This document shows, piece by piece, positions 37,901 to 51,000 of a stretch of DNA of 64,000 nucleotides. This stretch comes from Macrostomum hystrix. Lineage: Eukaryota > Animalia > Platyhelminthes. The notes beneath the pieces are model-generated. The model was given only the letters and a program-made list of their open reading frames with translations. It was not told the origin of the DNA and made no database searches. Location: the NCBI GenBank assembly GCA_950097015.1, contig CATNEN010000024.1:4774001-4838000 (forward strand), read 5' to 3'. The first letter of the stretch is position 1. Every line of letters starts with the position of its first letter. Both the position numbers and the translations under genes were made by a program.

Positions 37901-38191
37901 ATATTATACTATTATTTGTAACATTTATAATTGCTTTAATTAAGACTGAAGTATGTGAGTGTAAAGCAAAAATAACATAGCAGCCATGCTACTACACTAT
38001 TTTATTTTTATGGCAAGAATGCTTTCAATATTTTCATAATTTGAACAACACAAAAATACTGCAGGATAACTAGGCAGATTTATCAGCGACACAATAACAA
38101 AAACTAAAGCTAAATAACATTCTTAGCTTTTTTATTTACAACTGATAAGTGAGCAAGCAAGCAACTCAGTTCAGTTTTGCAAGCAGCAAAA

Positions 38192-39022
38192 ATGTCGGAG
38201 GTTGAGGAGTGGCGCAATACAGATGCGTCTAAGCAAGCCAACACTAGCAGTGAGTCGGAAGATTCCGATCAGCTGTCTGAGGTGCCCGTAGAGTCTGCAA
38301 CTAGTGTGACAGCTGTTGCGGTCGATCATACTGAACATAGTGATCTCAAAGTCGAACAAGAGAGCGAAATGAAGGAAGAGGCGGAGCAGGAGGCTGGAGG
38401 ACAGCCTGAAGAATATGAGGAAGAGGCGGAGCAGGAGGCTGGAGGACAGCCTGAAGAATATGAGGAAGAGGCGGAGCAGGAGGCTGGAGGACAGCCTGAA
38501 GAATATGAGGAAGAGGCGGAGCAGGAGGCTGGAGGACAGCCTGAAGAATATGAGGAAGAGGTGGAGCAGGAGGCTGGAGGACAGCCTGAAGAATATGAGG
38601 AAGAGGTGGAGCAGGAGGCTGGAGGTGATGCTGAAGCAGAAAGTGAGGAGCCTTCGACGCCGCCCGGGCTTACAAACGGACGCGCTGATGCTACTAGTCC
38701 GTCGTCGAAGTCCACAACTGGCGAGGAAGCGTCAACGGGCGCTGGGGAAGTGGCGACGGAGGCTACGTCAGCACAGGACGCTCCCAACGAGGTGACTGCG
38801 CCGCTGCCGCCGCCGTTGCAGCCGCCGAGCAAAATTAAACCAGACAGCAAGAAGTCGGCCAATCGCTGCCAGTTAATGTTCAACAGTGAGACCAAAATTC
38901 GGGACGGATTCGCCGCTCTGCTAGAACGAGTCGGTGCGGCTAACGAAGGCAGCGGCGAGTCTGGGAAAACGACGGCGCCGCAGTTGACCGGACAGTTTGT
39001 TGTGGAGAATCTTTTCTTCTTG
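38192..39022 (+). CDS. nbea: Neurobeachin exon 1 (acidic, repeat-containing N-terminus)
   Basis: ATG in AAAATGT context; ends VENLFFL with GTAAGC donor; start choice less certain than the 3' end. Confidence 0.8.
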
Positions 39023-42000
39023 GTAAGCTGGGCCTTAGTCTTCCTGTTGCATCGTTTTGTGGCCCGTAATATATGTCAATATTGATTTGAGACACTATCG
39101 CCTTGGATTCGAGCTCAGGACGCATTAACGTACCGCCAATCGCTTTCTGTTATTATTAAATATCAGAGAAATATGTTCTAATTTTTGTCCATTTTTCCAC
39201 CTACCAGCTGGTTGGCGGTCCTTTCGATCAGGAGAATAACTTTGTCATCTCTGGACCAGATGTGATACCACCCGCTCTAGAGATCATCGACCGCTGCCCG
39301 CAACCAATACAGGTTTGAAAGCCTTGATGGACTTTTAAGAATTATTTAGCTATTTATTGTTTTTTTATGCATTTCGCTGTTAAAACTGGATATTAGATTA
39401 TTGTTTTGTTGTTTTCCAATTCCCAATCAGCGTTGCCAATGTTGTAAAAAGCCAAACATTTTTTAGGGATTCCCAAGGTCATCAAAGACACATTTTTAGG
39501 GTTTCCCAAGGTCATCAAAGACACATTTTTAGGTTTTCCCAAGGTCATCAAAGACACAGTTTTAGGGTTTCCCAAGGTCATCAAATACACATTTTTAGGG
39601 TTCCCAAGGTCATCAAAGACACATTTTTAGGGTTTCCCAAGGTCATCAAAGCCGATTTTTCAGGGATCCCAAGGTCATAAGGGCCTAACTTTAGGGATTC
39701 CCAATGGTCATCAAAGCCAAATTTTTATGGATTACCAATGTTTTTAAAGCGAAATATTAGGTACAAGGTCGTTTTTTATAAGAGAAAAGCAGATCAAATT
39801 TTATAAAAGCGATGTGATATAAAAGCAGATTTTTGCTTATTATTTCCCAGAAGAAAGCCTTTATTCGCTTGTTTTTATCGCAGTCTGAGGTTTGGGGCAC
39901 CCTGGCCGCCATTCTGCGCAAGAACAAGCGGAGCCTCATGGTTTGCTGCGAGGCCGGCCTAATTCAACAGGCCGTTGCCCGTTTGCCCTCCGCCGGCTCC
40001 GGGCCGCTGGCGGATTTTCTGATCGACATTATCGAATGCCTAGTCAGCTTCTCAGTGTCTGTCAAGGAGTTCAAATTGTTATTCGGCCTGCTCAAGGCGA
40101 AGAATGGGTGCTTGGTGAGTTTCTGTTAATTCCGCTGCAAAGAAACCCCTAGAAATCCACTAAAACCTACAAAACCAACTGAAACTTACAATCTGAAACC
40201 AACTGAAATTCTTTGAACTTCACTAAAATTGACTTTAATCCACTGACACCTCTAAAATCCACCTGAAAGCAACTGAAATCCTCTAAAACCAACTGAAATC
40301 CTCTAAAACCAACTGAAATCCTCTAAAACCAACTGAAATCCTCTAAAACCAACTGAAATCCACCTGAAACCAGCTAAAATCCACCTGAAACCAACTGAAA
40401 TCCACCTGAAACCAGCTAAAATCCACATGAAAGCAACTGAAATCCACCTGAAACCAGCTAAAATCCTCTAAAACCAACTGAAGTCCACCTGAAACCAACT
40501 GAAATCCACCTGAAACCAACTAAAATCCACATGAAAACAATCGAAATCCTCTAAAACCAAATGAAGTCCACCTGAAACCAACTGAAATCCTCTAAAACCA
40601 ACTGAAATCCACCTGAAACCAACTGAAATCCTCTAAAACCAACTGAAGTCCACCTGAAACCAACTGAAATCCTCTAAAACCAACTGAAGTCCACCTGAAA
40701 CCAACTGAAATCCACCTGAAACCAACTGAAATCCACCTGAAACCAACTGAAATCCACCTGAAACCAACTGAAATCCACCTGAAACCAACTGAAATCCACC
40801 TGAAACCAACTAAAATCCACATGAAAACAATCGAAATCCTCTAAAACCAACTGAAGTCCACCTGAAACCAACTGAAGTCCACCTGAAACCAACTGAAGTC
40901 CACCTGAAAGCAACTGAAATCCTCTAAAACCAACTGAAATCCACCTGAAACCAGCTAAAATCCACCTGAAAGCAACTGAAATCCTCTAAAACCAACTGAA
41001 GTCCACCTTAAACCAACCGAAATCCACCTGTAACTCATTGAAACCTTCTAAAACCAACTGAAATCCAATAATAAAACGATTGCAGAACTCTCACTATGTG
41101 AAATTGCTTGAAATCCTGCGCCAATTAACGGCTCGCACTGGCCCCGATGAGTTTTTCAGCTTTCCCGGCAAGAAAGGTTCCGTAAGTACTAGCCTAAAGG
41201 CTGTCTGCTCATCATTACTTAATGCATCTAAAATAGTTTTGCCGATTATTATACAACTTCTCAATTACAGGCAATCAGCATTCCTCCAATATCGAAGTGG
41301 CCCTATCAGAATGGCTGGACATTTCACTGCTGGTTCAACACTGACCCGCCCTCTGATAGCTCGATTGAGCGGGACAAACCGCATCTGTTCTGGTGAGTAA
41401 ACTGAGATTGCATGCCCATATGATGGACCAGTGAGTCTTCTGAGGTCGTCCGGAGTTTGATTCTTAAATGCAGCTGTCCCACTGGCTGTACAACTGCCAC
41501 AACTTGGTTTGGTGTCATTTCTGTCCCACTGGCTGTACATCTGCCACAACTGGGTTTGGTGTCATTTCTGTCCCACTGGCTGTACATCTGCCCCAACTGG
41601 GTTTGGTGTCATTTCTGTCCCACTGGCTGTACATCTGCCCCAACTGGGTTTGGTGTCATTTCTGTCCCACTGGCTGTACATCTGCCCCAACTGGGTTTGG
41701 TGTCATTTCTGTCCCACTGGCTGTACATCTGCCACAACTGGGTTTGGTGTCATTTCTGTCCCACTGGCTGTACATCTGCCACAACTGGGTTTGATGTCAT
41801 TTCTGTCCCACTGGCTGTACATCTGCCACAACTGGGTTTGATGTCATTTCTGTCCCACTGGCTGTACATCTGCCACAACTGGGTTTGGTGTCATTTCTGT
41901 CCCACTGGCTGTACATCTGCCCCAACTGGGTTTGGTGTCATTTCTGTCCCACTTACTGTACATCTGCCACAACTGGGTTTGGTGTCATTTCTGTCCCACT

Positions 42001-45000
42001 GGCTGTACATCTGCCACAACTGGGTTTGGTGTCATTTCTGTCCCACTGGCTGTACATCTGCCACAACTGGGTTTGATGTCATTTCTGTCCCACTGGCTGT
42101 ACATCTGCCACAACTGGGTTTGGTGTCATTTCTGTCCCACTGGCTGTACATCTGCCACAACTGGGTTTGGTGTCATTTCTGTCCCACTGGCTGTACATCT
42201 GCCCCAACTGGGTTTGATGTCATTTCTGTCCCACTGGCTGTACATCTGCCACAACTGGGTTTGGTGTCATTTCTGTCCCACTGGCTGTACATCTGCCCCA
42301 ACTTGGTTTGGTGTCATTTCTGTCCCACTGGCTGTACATCTGCCCCAACTGGGTTTGGTGTCATTTCTGTCCCACTGGCTGTACATCTGCCCCAACTGGG
42401 TTTGATGTCATTTCTGTCCCACTGGCTGTACATCTGCCACAACTGGGTTTGGTGTCATTTCTGTCCCACTGGCTGTACATCTGCCCCAACTTGGTTTGGT
42501 GTCATTTCTGTCCCACTGGCTGTACATCTGCCACAACTGGGTTTGGTGTCATTTCTGTCCCACTGGCTGTACATCTGCCCCAACTTGGTTTGGTGTCATT
42601 TCTGTCCCACTGGCTGTACATCTGCCCCAACTGGGTTTGGTGTCATTTCTGTCCCACTGGCTGTACATCTGCCCCAACTGGGTTTGGTGTCATTTCTGTC
42701 CCACTGGCTGTACATCTGCCCCAACTGGGTTTGGTGTCATTTCTGTCCCACTTACTGTACATCTGCCACAACTGGGTTTGGTGTCATTTCTGTCCCACTG
42801 GCTGTACATCTGCCACAACTGGGTTTGGTGTCATTTCTGTCCCACTGGCTGTACATCTGCCCCAACTGGGTTTGGTGTCATTTCTGTCCCACTGGCTGTA
42901 CATCTGCCACAACTGGGTTTGGTGTCATTTCTGTCCCACTGGCTGTACATCTGCCCCAACTGGGTTTGGTGTCATTTCTGTCCCACTTACTGTACATCTG
43001 CCCCAACTGGGTTTGGTGTCATTTCTGTCCCACTGGCTGTACATCTGCCACAACTGGGTTTGGTGTCATTTCTGTCCCACTGGCTGTACATCTGCCACAA
43101 CTGGGTTTGGTGTCATTTCTGTCCCACTGGCTGTACATCTGCCACAACTGGGTTTGGTGTCATTTCTGTCCCACTGGCTGTACATCTGCCACAACTGGGT
43201 TTGGTGTCATTTCTGTCCCACTGGCTGTACATCTGCCCCAACTGGGTTTGATGTCATTTCTGTCCCACTGGCTGTACATCTGCCACAACTGGGTTTGGTG
43301 TCATTTCTGTCCCACTTACTGTACATCTGCCCCAACTGGGTTTGGTGTCATTTCTGTCCCACTGGCTGTACATCTGCCCCAACTGGGTTTGGTGTCATTT
43401 CTGTCCCACTGGCTGTACATCTGCCACAACTGGGTTTGGTGTCATTTCTGTCCCACTGGCTGTACATCTGCCCCAACTTGGTTTGGTGTCATTTCTGTCC
43501 CACTGGCTGTACATCTGCCACAACTGGGTTTGGTGTCATTTCTGTCCCACTGGCTGTACATCTGCCACAACTGGGTTTGGTGTCATTTCTGTCCCACTGG
43601 CTGTACATCTGCCACAACTGGGTTTGGTGTCATTTCTGTCCCACTGGCTGTACATCTGCCACAACTGGGTTTGGTGTCATTTCTGTCCCACTGGCTGTAC
43701 ATCTGCCACAACTGGGTTTGGTGTCATTTCTGTCCCACTGGCTGTACATCTGCCACAACTGGGTTTGGTGTCATTTCTGTCCCACTGGCTGTACATCTGC
43801 CCCAACTGGGTTTGGTGTCATTTCTGTCCCACTGGCTGTACATCTGCCACAACTGGGTTTGATGTCATTTCTGTCCCACTGGCTGTACATCTGCCCCAAC
43901 TGGGTTTGGTGTCACTTTTATGTTGTACGGAGTATTTTTATATTACATTTATCCCATATTTTGATTCTCAAACTTAATTTTTTCAGTTTCCGCACAGACA
44001 AAGGCATGGGCTACTCCGGCCATTTCATTGGCAATGCCCTAATCATCACGGTAATGAAGATGAAGGGCAAAGGCTTTCAGCACTCTATTAGATACGATTT
44101 CGTGCCCCGCAAGTGGCACATGCTCACCGTCGTATTTGTGTACAATCGCTGGAGCAAGTCAGAGATTAGGACCTACGTTAATGGAACGCTGGTCACCCAG
44201 ACAGAGCTGTCCTGGGTAGTCACTACTAGCGAGGTGAGTGATAAGAGAAATATTTTTTTCATGGCTTTTCATGCTTAGGTTTTTAAGCAAAGAGCTAAAG
44301 ATTATCCCTAAATATTTTAGGATCTGTAATGAATTGAATTACCCCTGAATATATACCCGCTGAATACACCTGCCCATTCGGGCAGATATTTAGCTATTGC
44401 GCGGCCTCTATGAAGTCTGCGTACGGCTGTTCAGTGCATGGACTGACCCTTAAGATACAATAGGCACAAATTGTTCCAGTGGAGTCAGGAATCGAACCCC
44501 CGACCTTCAAGTCGTGAGTCCGACGTTCTAACCTCTAGGCTACAATCCCCAATGACTGTAAAATAGTACATCTGGCACAACATCGACTATCTATTAGTCT
44601 AGAGTTAGTTAATAATTGGGCCAATCTGTTCATTTTTTACCTTAGTGAGTCTGTCATGTTGACTCACAAACCCCGTCATCTATTCTGTGTAGCCCCTTCG
44701 TGGATAGATAAGAAGATAGCTGCTAGACACGGTCCCTGCCTCAACCGAGTCGTCCTTCTCTTCTTCCTCATTTTGTGCTCTATTTGGTACCTCCCCGTCC
44801 TTGTTCAGTTGGGCCAAGTTTTAGTCGGTCTGGCCTTCTTCTATGCTTCTCATTCCGCCGTGGCCTGCGCAGGGGACTAATTGAGGTCTCTCCCTAGAGG
44901 CAGCCAACCATTCATACTTACTTCTCCTTGCAAGTGGAGTTTCTCCGGCCTGGATTTGAACAGAACGGGTGGAATGAATTGGATGGCACCGGGTTGGCTG

Positions 45001-48000
45001 CTCTATCTCCCTCTCGACATTCTCTTTCTCACCGCCCTCAGTCCTAATGGAACTGGGCCGCTATGGGCGTTGAAGTCTAATGAGATTTCTTGCTAGCTAT
45101 CCGCTGCTGCTGCTGCTGCTGCTGCCGCCAGACAAGCGGATAAGAGATGACCGGCTAGAAATGGGATTATCTATCTGGCGAATAAAAATCAGTGCATTTT
45201 CTCTTTGCATTTTCCCCTTTGTCTGTCTCCCGAACAATTCGATGAAAACTACACAAAAAGCTGCAATCATTCAATAATAAGCTCAATAACTGCTTTGATT
45301 CTACATTTACAGCCGTTCGATCGATGCTTCATCGGCTCAGCGTCGCGCTTGGAGGCCGACTGCATGTTCTCGGGCCAGATTAGCGTCGTCTACGGCTTCG
45401 CTGAGGCGCTCAGCCCGCAACAGATTGCCGGCGTCTATGCTCTGGGCCCGGCTTATAAGGTTTACCACCTCAAACTGACGACCTTTCTTCTCTGCTCTCT
45501 TCACGACTTGTCTAGCTCTCTTGTCTCCCTACTCTTCCTTGTCCCCTCCTCTCCCCTTGTATCCTTGTCGCCTTGTCTTGTCTTGTCTTGTCTGCCTCCT
45601 CTCCTCTCCATCTTGTCTCCTTCCTCTCCCATTGTCTCCCTCTTCATGTCTCCCTTCTCTCCTCTTGTCTCCCTCCTCTTGTCTCCCTTCTCTCCTTTCC
45701 ATCTTGTCTCCTTCCTCTCCCATTGTCTCCCTCCTCTCCTCTTGTCTCCCTTCTCTCCTCTTGTCTCCCTCCTCTCCTCTTGTCTCCCTTCTCTCCTCTT
45801 GTCTCCCTCCTCTACTCTTGTCTCCCTTCTCTACTCTTGTCTCCCTTCTCTCCACTCCTCTTGTCTCCATTCTCTCCTCTCCATTTTGTCTCCTTCCTCT
45901 CCTCTTGTCTCCCTTCTCTCCTTTCCATCTTGTCTCCTTCCTCTCCCATTGTCTCCCTCCTCTCCTCTTGTCTCCCTCCTCTCCTCTTGTCTCCCTCCTC
46001 TCCTCTTGTCTCCCTCCTCTCCTCTTGTCTCTCTTCTCTCCTCTTGTCTCCCTTCTCTCCTCTTGTCTCCCTCCTCTACTCTTGTCTCCCTTCTCTACTC
46101 TTGTCTCCCTTCTCTCCACTCCTCTTGTCTCCATTCTCTCCTCTCCATTTTGTCTCCTTCCTCTCCTATTGTCTCCCTCCTCTCCTATTGTCTCCCTCCT
46201 CTCCTATTGTCTCCCTCCACTCCTCTTGTCCTCCTCTCCTATTGTCTCCCTTCTCTCCTCTTGTCTCCCTCCTCTCCTCTTGTCTCCCTCCTCTCCTCTT
46301 GTCTCCCTCCTCTCCTCTTGTCTCCCTCCTCTCCCTTGTCTCCCTCCTCTCTCTCTTCTCTCCCGCTTCTCTAATTCTAGCTTTAACCCTAGCTTCTCTA
46401 ATCTCCGTTTGTCTCACTCTCGTCTTCTTTATTTCGGTCTGCCTCTTCGACATCGAAGTCTCCAAAGTGAAAACGATTCATCCGCCGCTCTCAAATCCAG
46501 GGCCAGTTCAAATTCGAGTCGGAGCAGGCCGGGCCGCACAGCCAGAGCAGCCTGTCTGGTGCGCAGAAAACGGTCCTATACAGGCCGGACAGCCGGCTGC
46601 ACTCCTCCATTATGTTCACTTATAATCCGGTGGCCTGCGATGGTCAGCTATGCCTGGAACAGAGTCCCAAAGTGTGCGGCCAGCCGCTACAGCCGTCTGT
46701 GTTTGTGCACAGCGGCCACGCTCTCATGACTGGCGAGGCGCGAGCTGTTTGCACGCATTCCATTTTTAGCACACTGCACAGCCTTGGCGGAGTGCAAATC
46801 TTTCTGCCGCTGTTTGGTCAGCTCAGCAGCAGCGGCGGCGCCGGTGGCGAGCCGACGGGAGGTCAGGAGGTCACCAGTTCGGATATCTGGTGAGTGCTGA
46901 GTTGGCGAATTGGCTTTCACTTCTAATTCTTCACTGACTCGGTACCACTTCTCATTATTGGTTTCTATTGTGGTCTTAAATAATTTACGCCAAGGTTGGT
47001 GATTCTCAAGGTCATTTACGCCAACATTGGTGATTCTCAAGGTCATTTACGCCAACATTGGGGATTCTCAAGGTCATTAATGCCAACATTGGCGATTCTC
47101 AAGGTCATATGCGCCTATATTGCGAATTTCCAAGGTCATATGCGCCTATATTGTGAATTTTCAAGGTCATTTGTGCCAACATTGGGTATTCCCAAGGTCA
47201 TTATTGCCAACATTGGGATTCTCAAGGTCATTTACGCCAAGATTGGTAATTCTCAAGGTCATTTACACCAACATTGGGGATTCTCAGGGTCATTTACGCT
47301 AACATTGGGGATTCTCAAAGTCATTTACGCCAACATTGGGGATTCTCAAGGTCATTAATGCCATAAAGTAGGCATTCCCAAAGTCATCGCAGTTAGTCTA
47401 GTCCCTCAAAGTTAAGTTTTTTTATTTCGTCACTGATTTATTTTAGTAGCTTATCACTAGTTCATCCCAACGTTACATGATTAGTCATCCTAATCTATTC
47501 CAAAGTAAAAGAAACGAATTTTGAACGCAGTTGCGAGCAAAAGTACACGTGATTTTCGCATGTCTGATAAAAGATTTGACGCCCAATCAATCATGTTGAC
47601 AGATTGGCCAACCTGTCCGCCTTGGGAGTCTGTCTTTATTTCGATATTACGTCTTAATCTGTATTGAGTAGACTTCCGCTGCAGCATCTGTATAGTTAGG
47701 GTACCTTATAGAAAATATAATAGATTATAAAACGGATTTAGATGGCCTAGCCCTGAGCCTTGTCACGTATCAGGATGTGGCATAGATTGCTCGCGCTTAC
47801 TCCTAATCCTAATTATTAATCACTGGGCAAACGACTTCCGCCATCAAAATATCTATTTATTAGTTTGAATTCAGTAATTAATTCTTTTGCTCCTGTTGTA
47901 GAACAGGATTGGCATTGTAGGGCTATTAGGATAGCCATTGTAGGGCTATCAGGATAGCCATTGTAGGGCTACCAGGATAGCCATTGTAGGGCTATCAGGA

Positions 48001-51000
48001 TAGCCATTGTAGGGCTACAAGGATAGCCATTGTAGGGCTATTAGGATAGCCATTGTAGGGCTATCAGGATAGCCATTGTAGGGCTACAAGGATAGCCATT
48101 GTAGGGCTATCAGGATAGCCATTGTAGGGCTATCAGGATAGCCATTGTAGGGCTACCAGGATAGCCATTGTAGGGCTATCAGGATAGCCATTGTAGGGCT
48201 ACCATAATAGCCATTGTAGGTCTACCAGAATAGCCATTGTAGGGCTATTTGTTCTCATCCTATAAAGAACTCCAATATTTTTTGTAGCTATAAAAAGCTG
48301 AAATTCGTAAAATCTGAAATTTAGGTTGAAATTTGAGAAGTAAAATGATTTATTTGTTTTAGCAGAAGCAGACTTTTAAATCTGTTATACACAAGGAAAC
48401 ACCAAGAAAGAGATTCTCCACACAGCTGAGCAGAGAAAGTGAGCAATCAAATAGGCTCTCACTAGCTAAAGTGACTCACTTTTCTTAAATCGCTACTTCT
48501 GTGAGAAAATGTATGCAGAACAGCACTACTCCCTTTAACTAACTCCCCTTAGTCTGGCACTCAATCTTTCTTCCTAAGGATTTCTACGAGTCTCTCTTCT
48601 TAAATTACCATTTCCTGAACTCAACAACGGGGGGGAGTGGTTCAACTCGATGCATCTCTTGGTCTCTCTATCCTTTGTCGATTTCCTCTTGCCAGTCTCA
48701 TTTTCCTGTCCCTTACTCCTACTATTGCTTTTTTGGTTCGATCGGGATTCACTTTTTTGTACAATTGATAAAAGCTGAGCTGCATTTTGGATGGGATAAC
48801 GTCTAAAATTTAATTTGCTCGCGCTCACACGCGACAGACAGTCAGTTGGACAGACCAGACAGACAGACAGACAGAAAGACAGACTGTGCGTCCTTTAATG
48901 AAAGTAAAAGCAATTGATTGCCCACTGGAAGCAACTCTGCGACTCTAAGTTCTTTCGTTCCAGTCAGCTACACTTCAATCCATCTCATTTCCCAGTCCAA
49001 CTCTAGTTTGCTCACTAAACTACCAAACCGATTTATTAAACATTTCAGCGCTTCGCTATTGGCTCTGCTGGCCGATCTACTGCAGGCGTCACCGTCCATT
49101 CAGCAGCAGTTTATGCAGAACAAAGGCTTCTTGGTCATTAGCCAGTACCTGACTAAGGTGAATTCAGACTCTGTTTCTGCACCTGAAATGGGATGGAACT
49201 GAAGGACCAGTAGCTAATGGTGGGATGAAACTGAAGGACCAGTAGCTAATGGTGGGATGAAACTGATGGACCAATAGTTAATGGTGGGATGAAACTGAAG
49301 GACCAGTAGCTAATGGTGGGATGAAACTGAAGGACCAATAGCTAATGGTGGGATGAAACTGAAGGACCAGTAGCTAATGGTGGGATGAAACTGAAGGACC
49401 AGTAGCTAATGGTGGGATGAAACTGAAGGACCAGTAGCTAATGGTGGGATGAAACTGAAGGACCAATAGCTAATGGTGGGATGAAACTGAAGGACCAGTA
49501 GCTAATGGTGGGATGAAACTGAAGGACCAGTAGCTAATGGTGGGATGAAACTGAAGGACCAGTACCTAATGGTGGGATGGAACTGAAGGACCAGTAGCTA
49601 ATGGTGGGATGAAACTGAAGGACCAGTAGCTAATGGTGGGATGAAACTGAAGGACCAGTAGCTAATGGTGGGATGAAACTGAAGGACCAGTACCTAATGG
49701 TGGGATGGAACTGAAGGACCAGTAGCTAATGGTGGGATGGAACTGAAGGACCAGTAGCTAATGGTGGGATGTAACTGAAGGACCAGTAGCTAATTATGGG
49801 ATGAAACTGAAGGACCAGTAGCTAATGGTGGGATGAAACTGAAGGACCAGTAGCTAATGGTGGGATGAAACTGAAGGACCAGTAGCTAATGGTGGGATGA
49901 AACTGAAGGACCAGTACCTAATGGTGGGATGGAACTGAAGGACCAGTAGCTAATGGTGGGATGGAACTGAAGGACCAGTAGCTAATGGTGGGATGTAACT
50001 GAAGGACCAGTAGCTAATTATGGGATGAAACTGAAGGACCAGTAGCTAATGGTGGGATAAAACTGAAGGACCAGTAGCTAATGGTGGGATGGAACTGAAG
50101 GACCAGTAGCTAATTATGGGATGAAACTGAAGGACCAGTAGCTAATGGTGGGATGGAACTGAAGGACCAGTAGCTAATGGTGGGATGAAACTGATGGACC
50201 AATAGCTAATGGTGGGATGAAACTGAAGGACCAGTACCTAATGGTGGGATGGAACTGAAGGACCAGTAGCTAATGGTGGGATGGAACTGAAGGACCAGTA
50301 GCTAATGGTGGGATGAAACTGAAGGACCAGTACCTAATGGTGGGATGGAACTGAAGGACCAGTAGCTAATGGTGGGATGGAACTGAAGGACCAGTAGCTA
50401 ATGGTGGGATGTAACTGAAGGACCAGTAGCTAATTATGGGATGAAACTGAAGGACCAGTAGCTAATGGTGGGATAAAACTGAAGGACCAGTAGCTAATGG
50501 TGGGATGGAACTGAAGGACCAGTAGCTAATTATGGGATGAAACTGAAGGACCAGTAGCTAATGGTGGGATGGAACTGAAGGACCAGTAGCTAATGGTGGG
50601 ATGAAACTGAAGGACCAGTAGCTAATGGTGGGATGAAACTGAAGGACCAGTACCTAATGGTCGGATGAAACTGATGGACCAATAGCTAATGGTGGGATGA
50701 AACTGTAGGAATGTCGTACTCATAGAGACGGAACATCGCCACATTCAATGCCACACCGCAGGAGAGCTTAACGGACAAAGTGCTGGACGAGTTTGTAAAA
50801 ATGACGAAACAGTTGGCGCAGAACAAGTCTGCTATCAGCCTAGTCAAGCAGCTGTTTGATCACGTGCTGTTCAATCCAACCCTGTGGATCAAGGCACCTG
50901 TGCAGGTGCAGATTCGGCTTTACAAATTCTTGGCTACCGATTTTGTCACCAGCGTTGGAATCTTTAATTCCGTGCGACGTGTTAGCGCCGTACTGCAGAC

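Noticed and set aside
41457-44278. 801-aa and 656-aa Cys/His/Trp-rich ORFs
   Set aside because: Translations of the 47-bp intronic array (141-bp codon period); only 43987-44233 is a real neurobeachin exon
44478-44550. Functional tRNA-Val(CAC) gene (also tRNA-like heads at ~31740, ~55400, ~55500 and ~56200)
   Set aside because: A and B boxes are present, but acceptor and anticodon stems pair poorly and the heads continue into shared repeat bodies, so these are SINEs
47925-48246. CRISPR-like palindromic direct repeats
   Set aside because: No unique spacers, no cas genes, spliceosomal-intron context; no array in the window has a repeat-spacer layout
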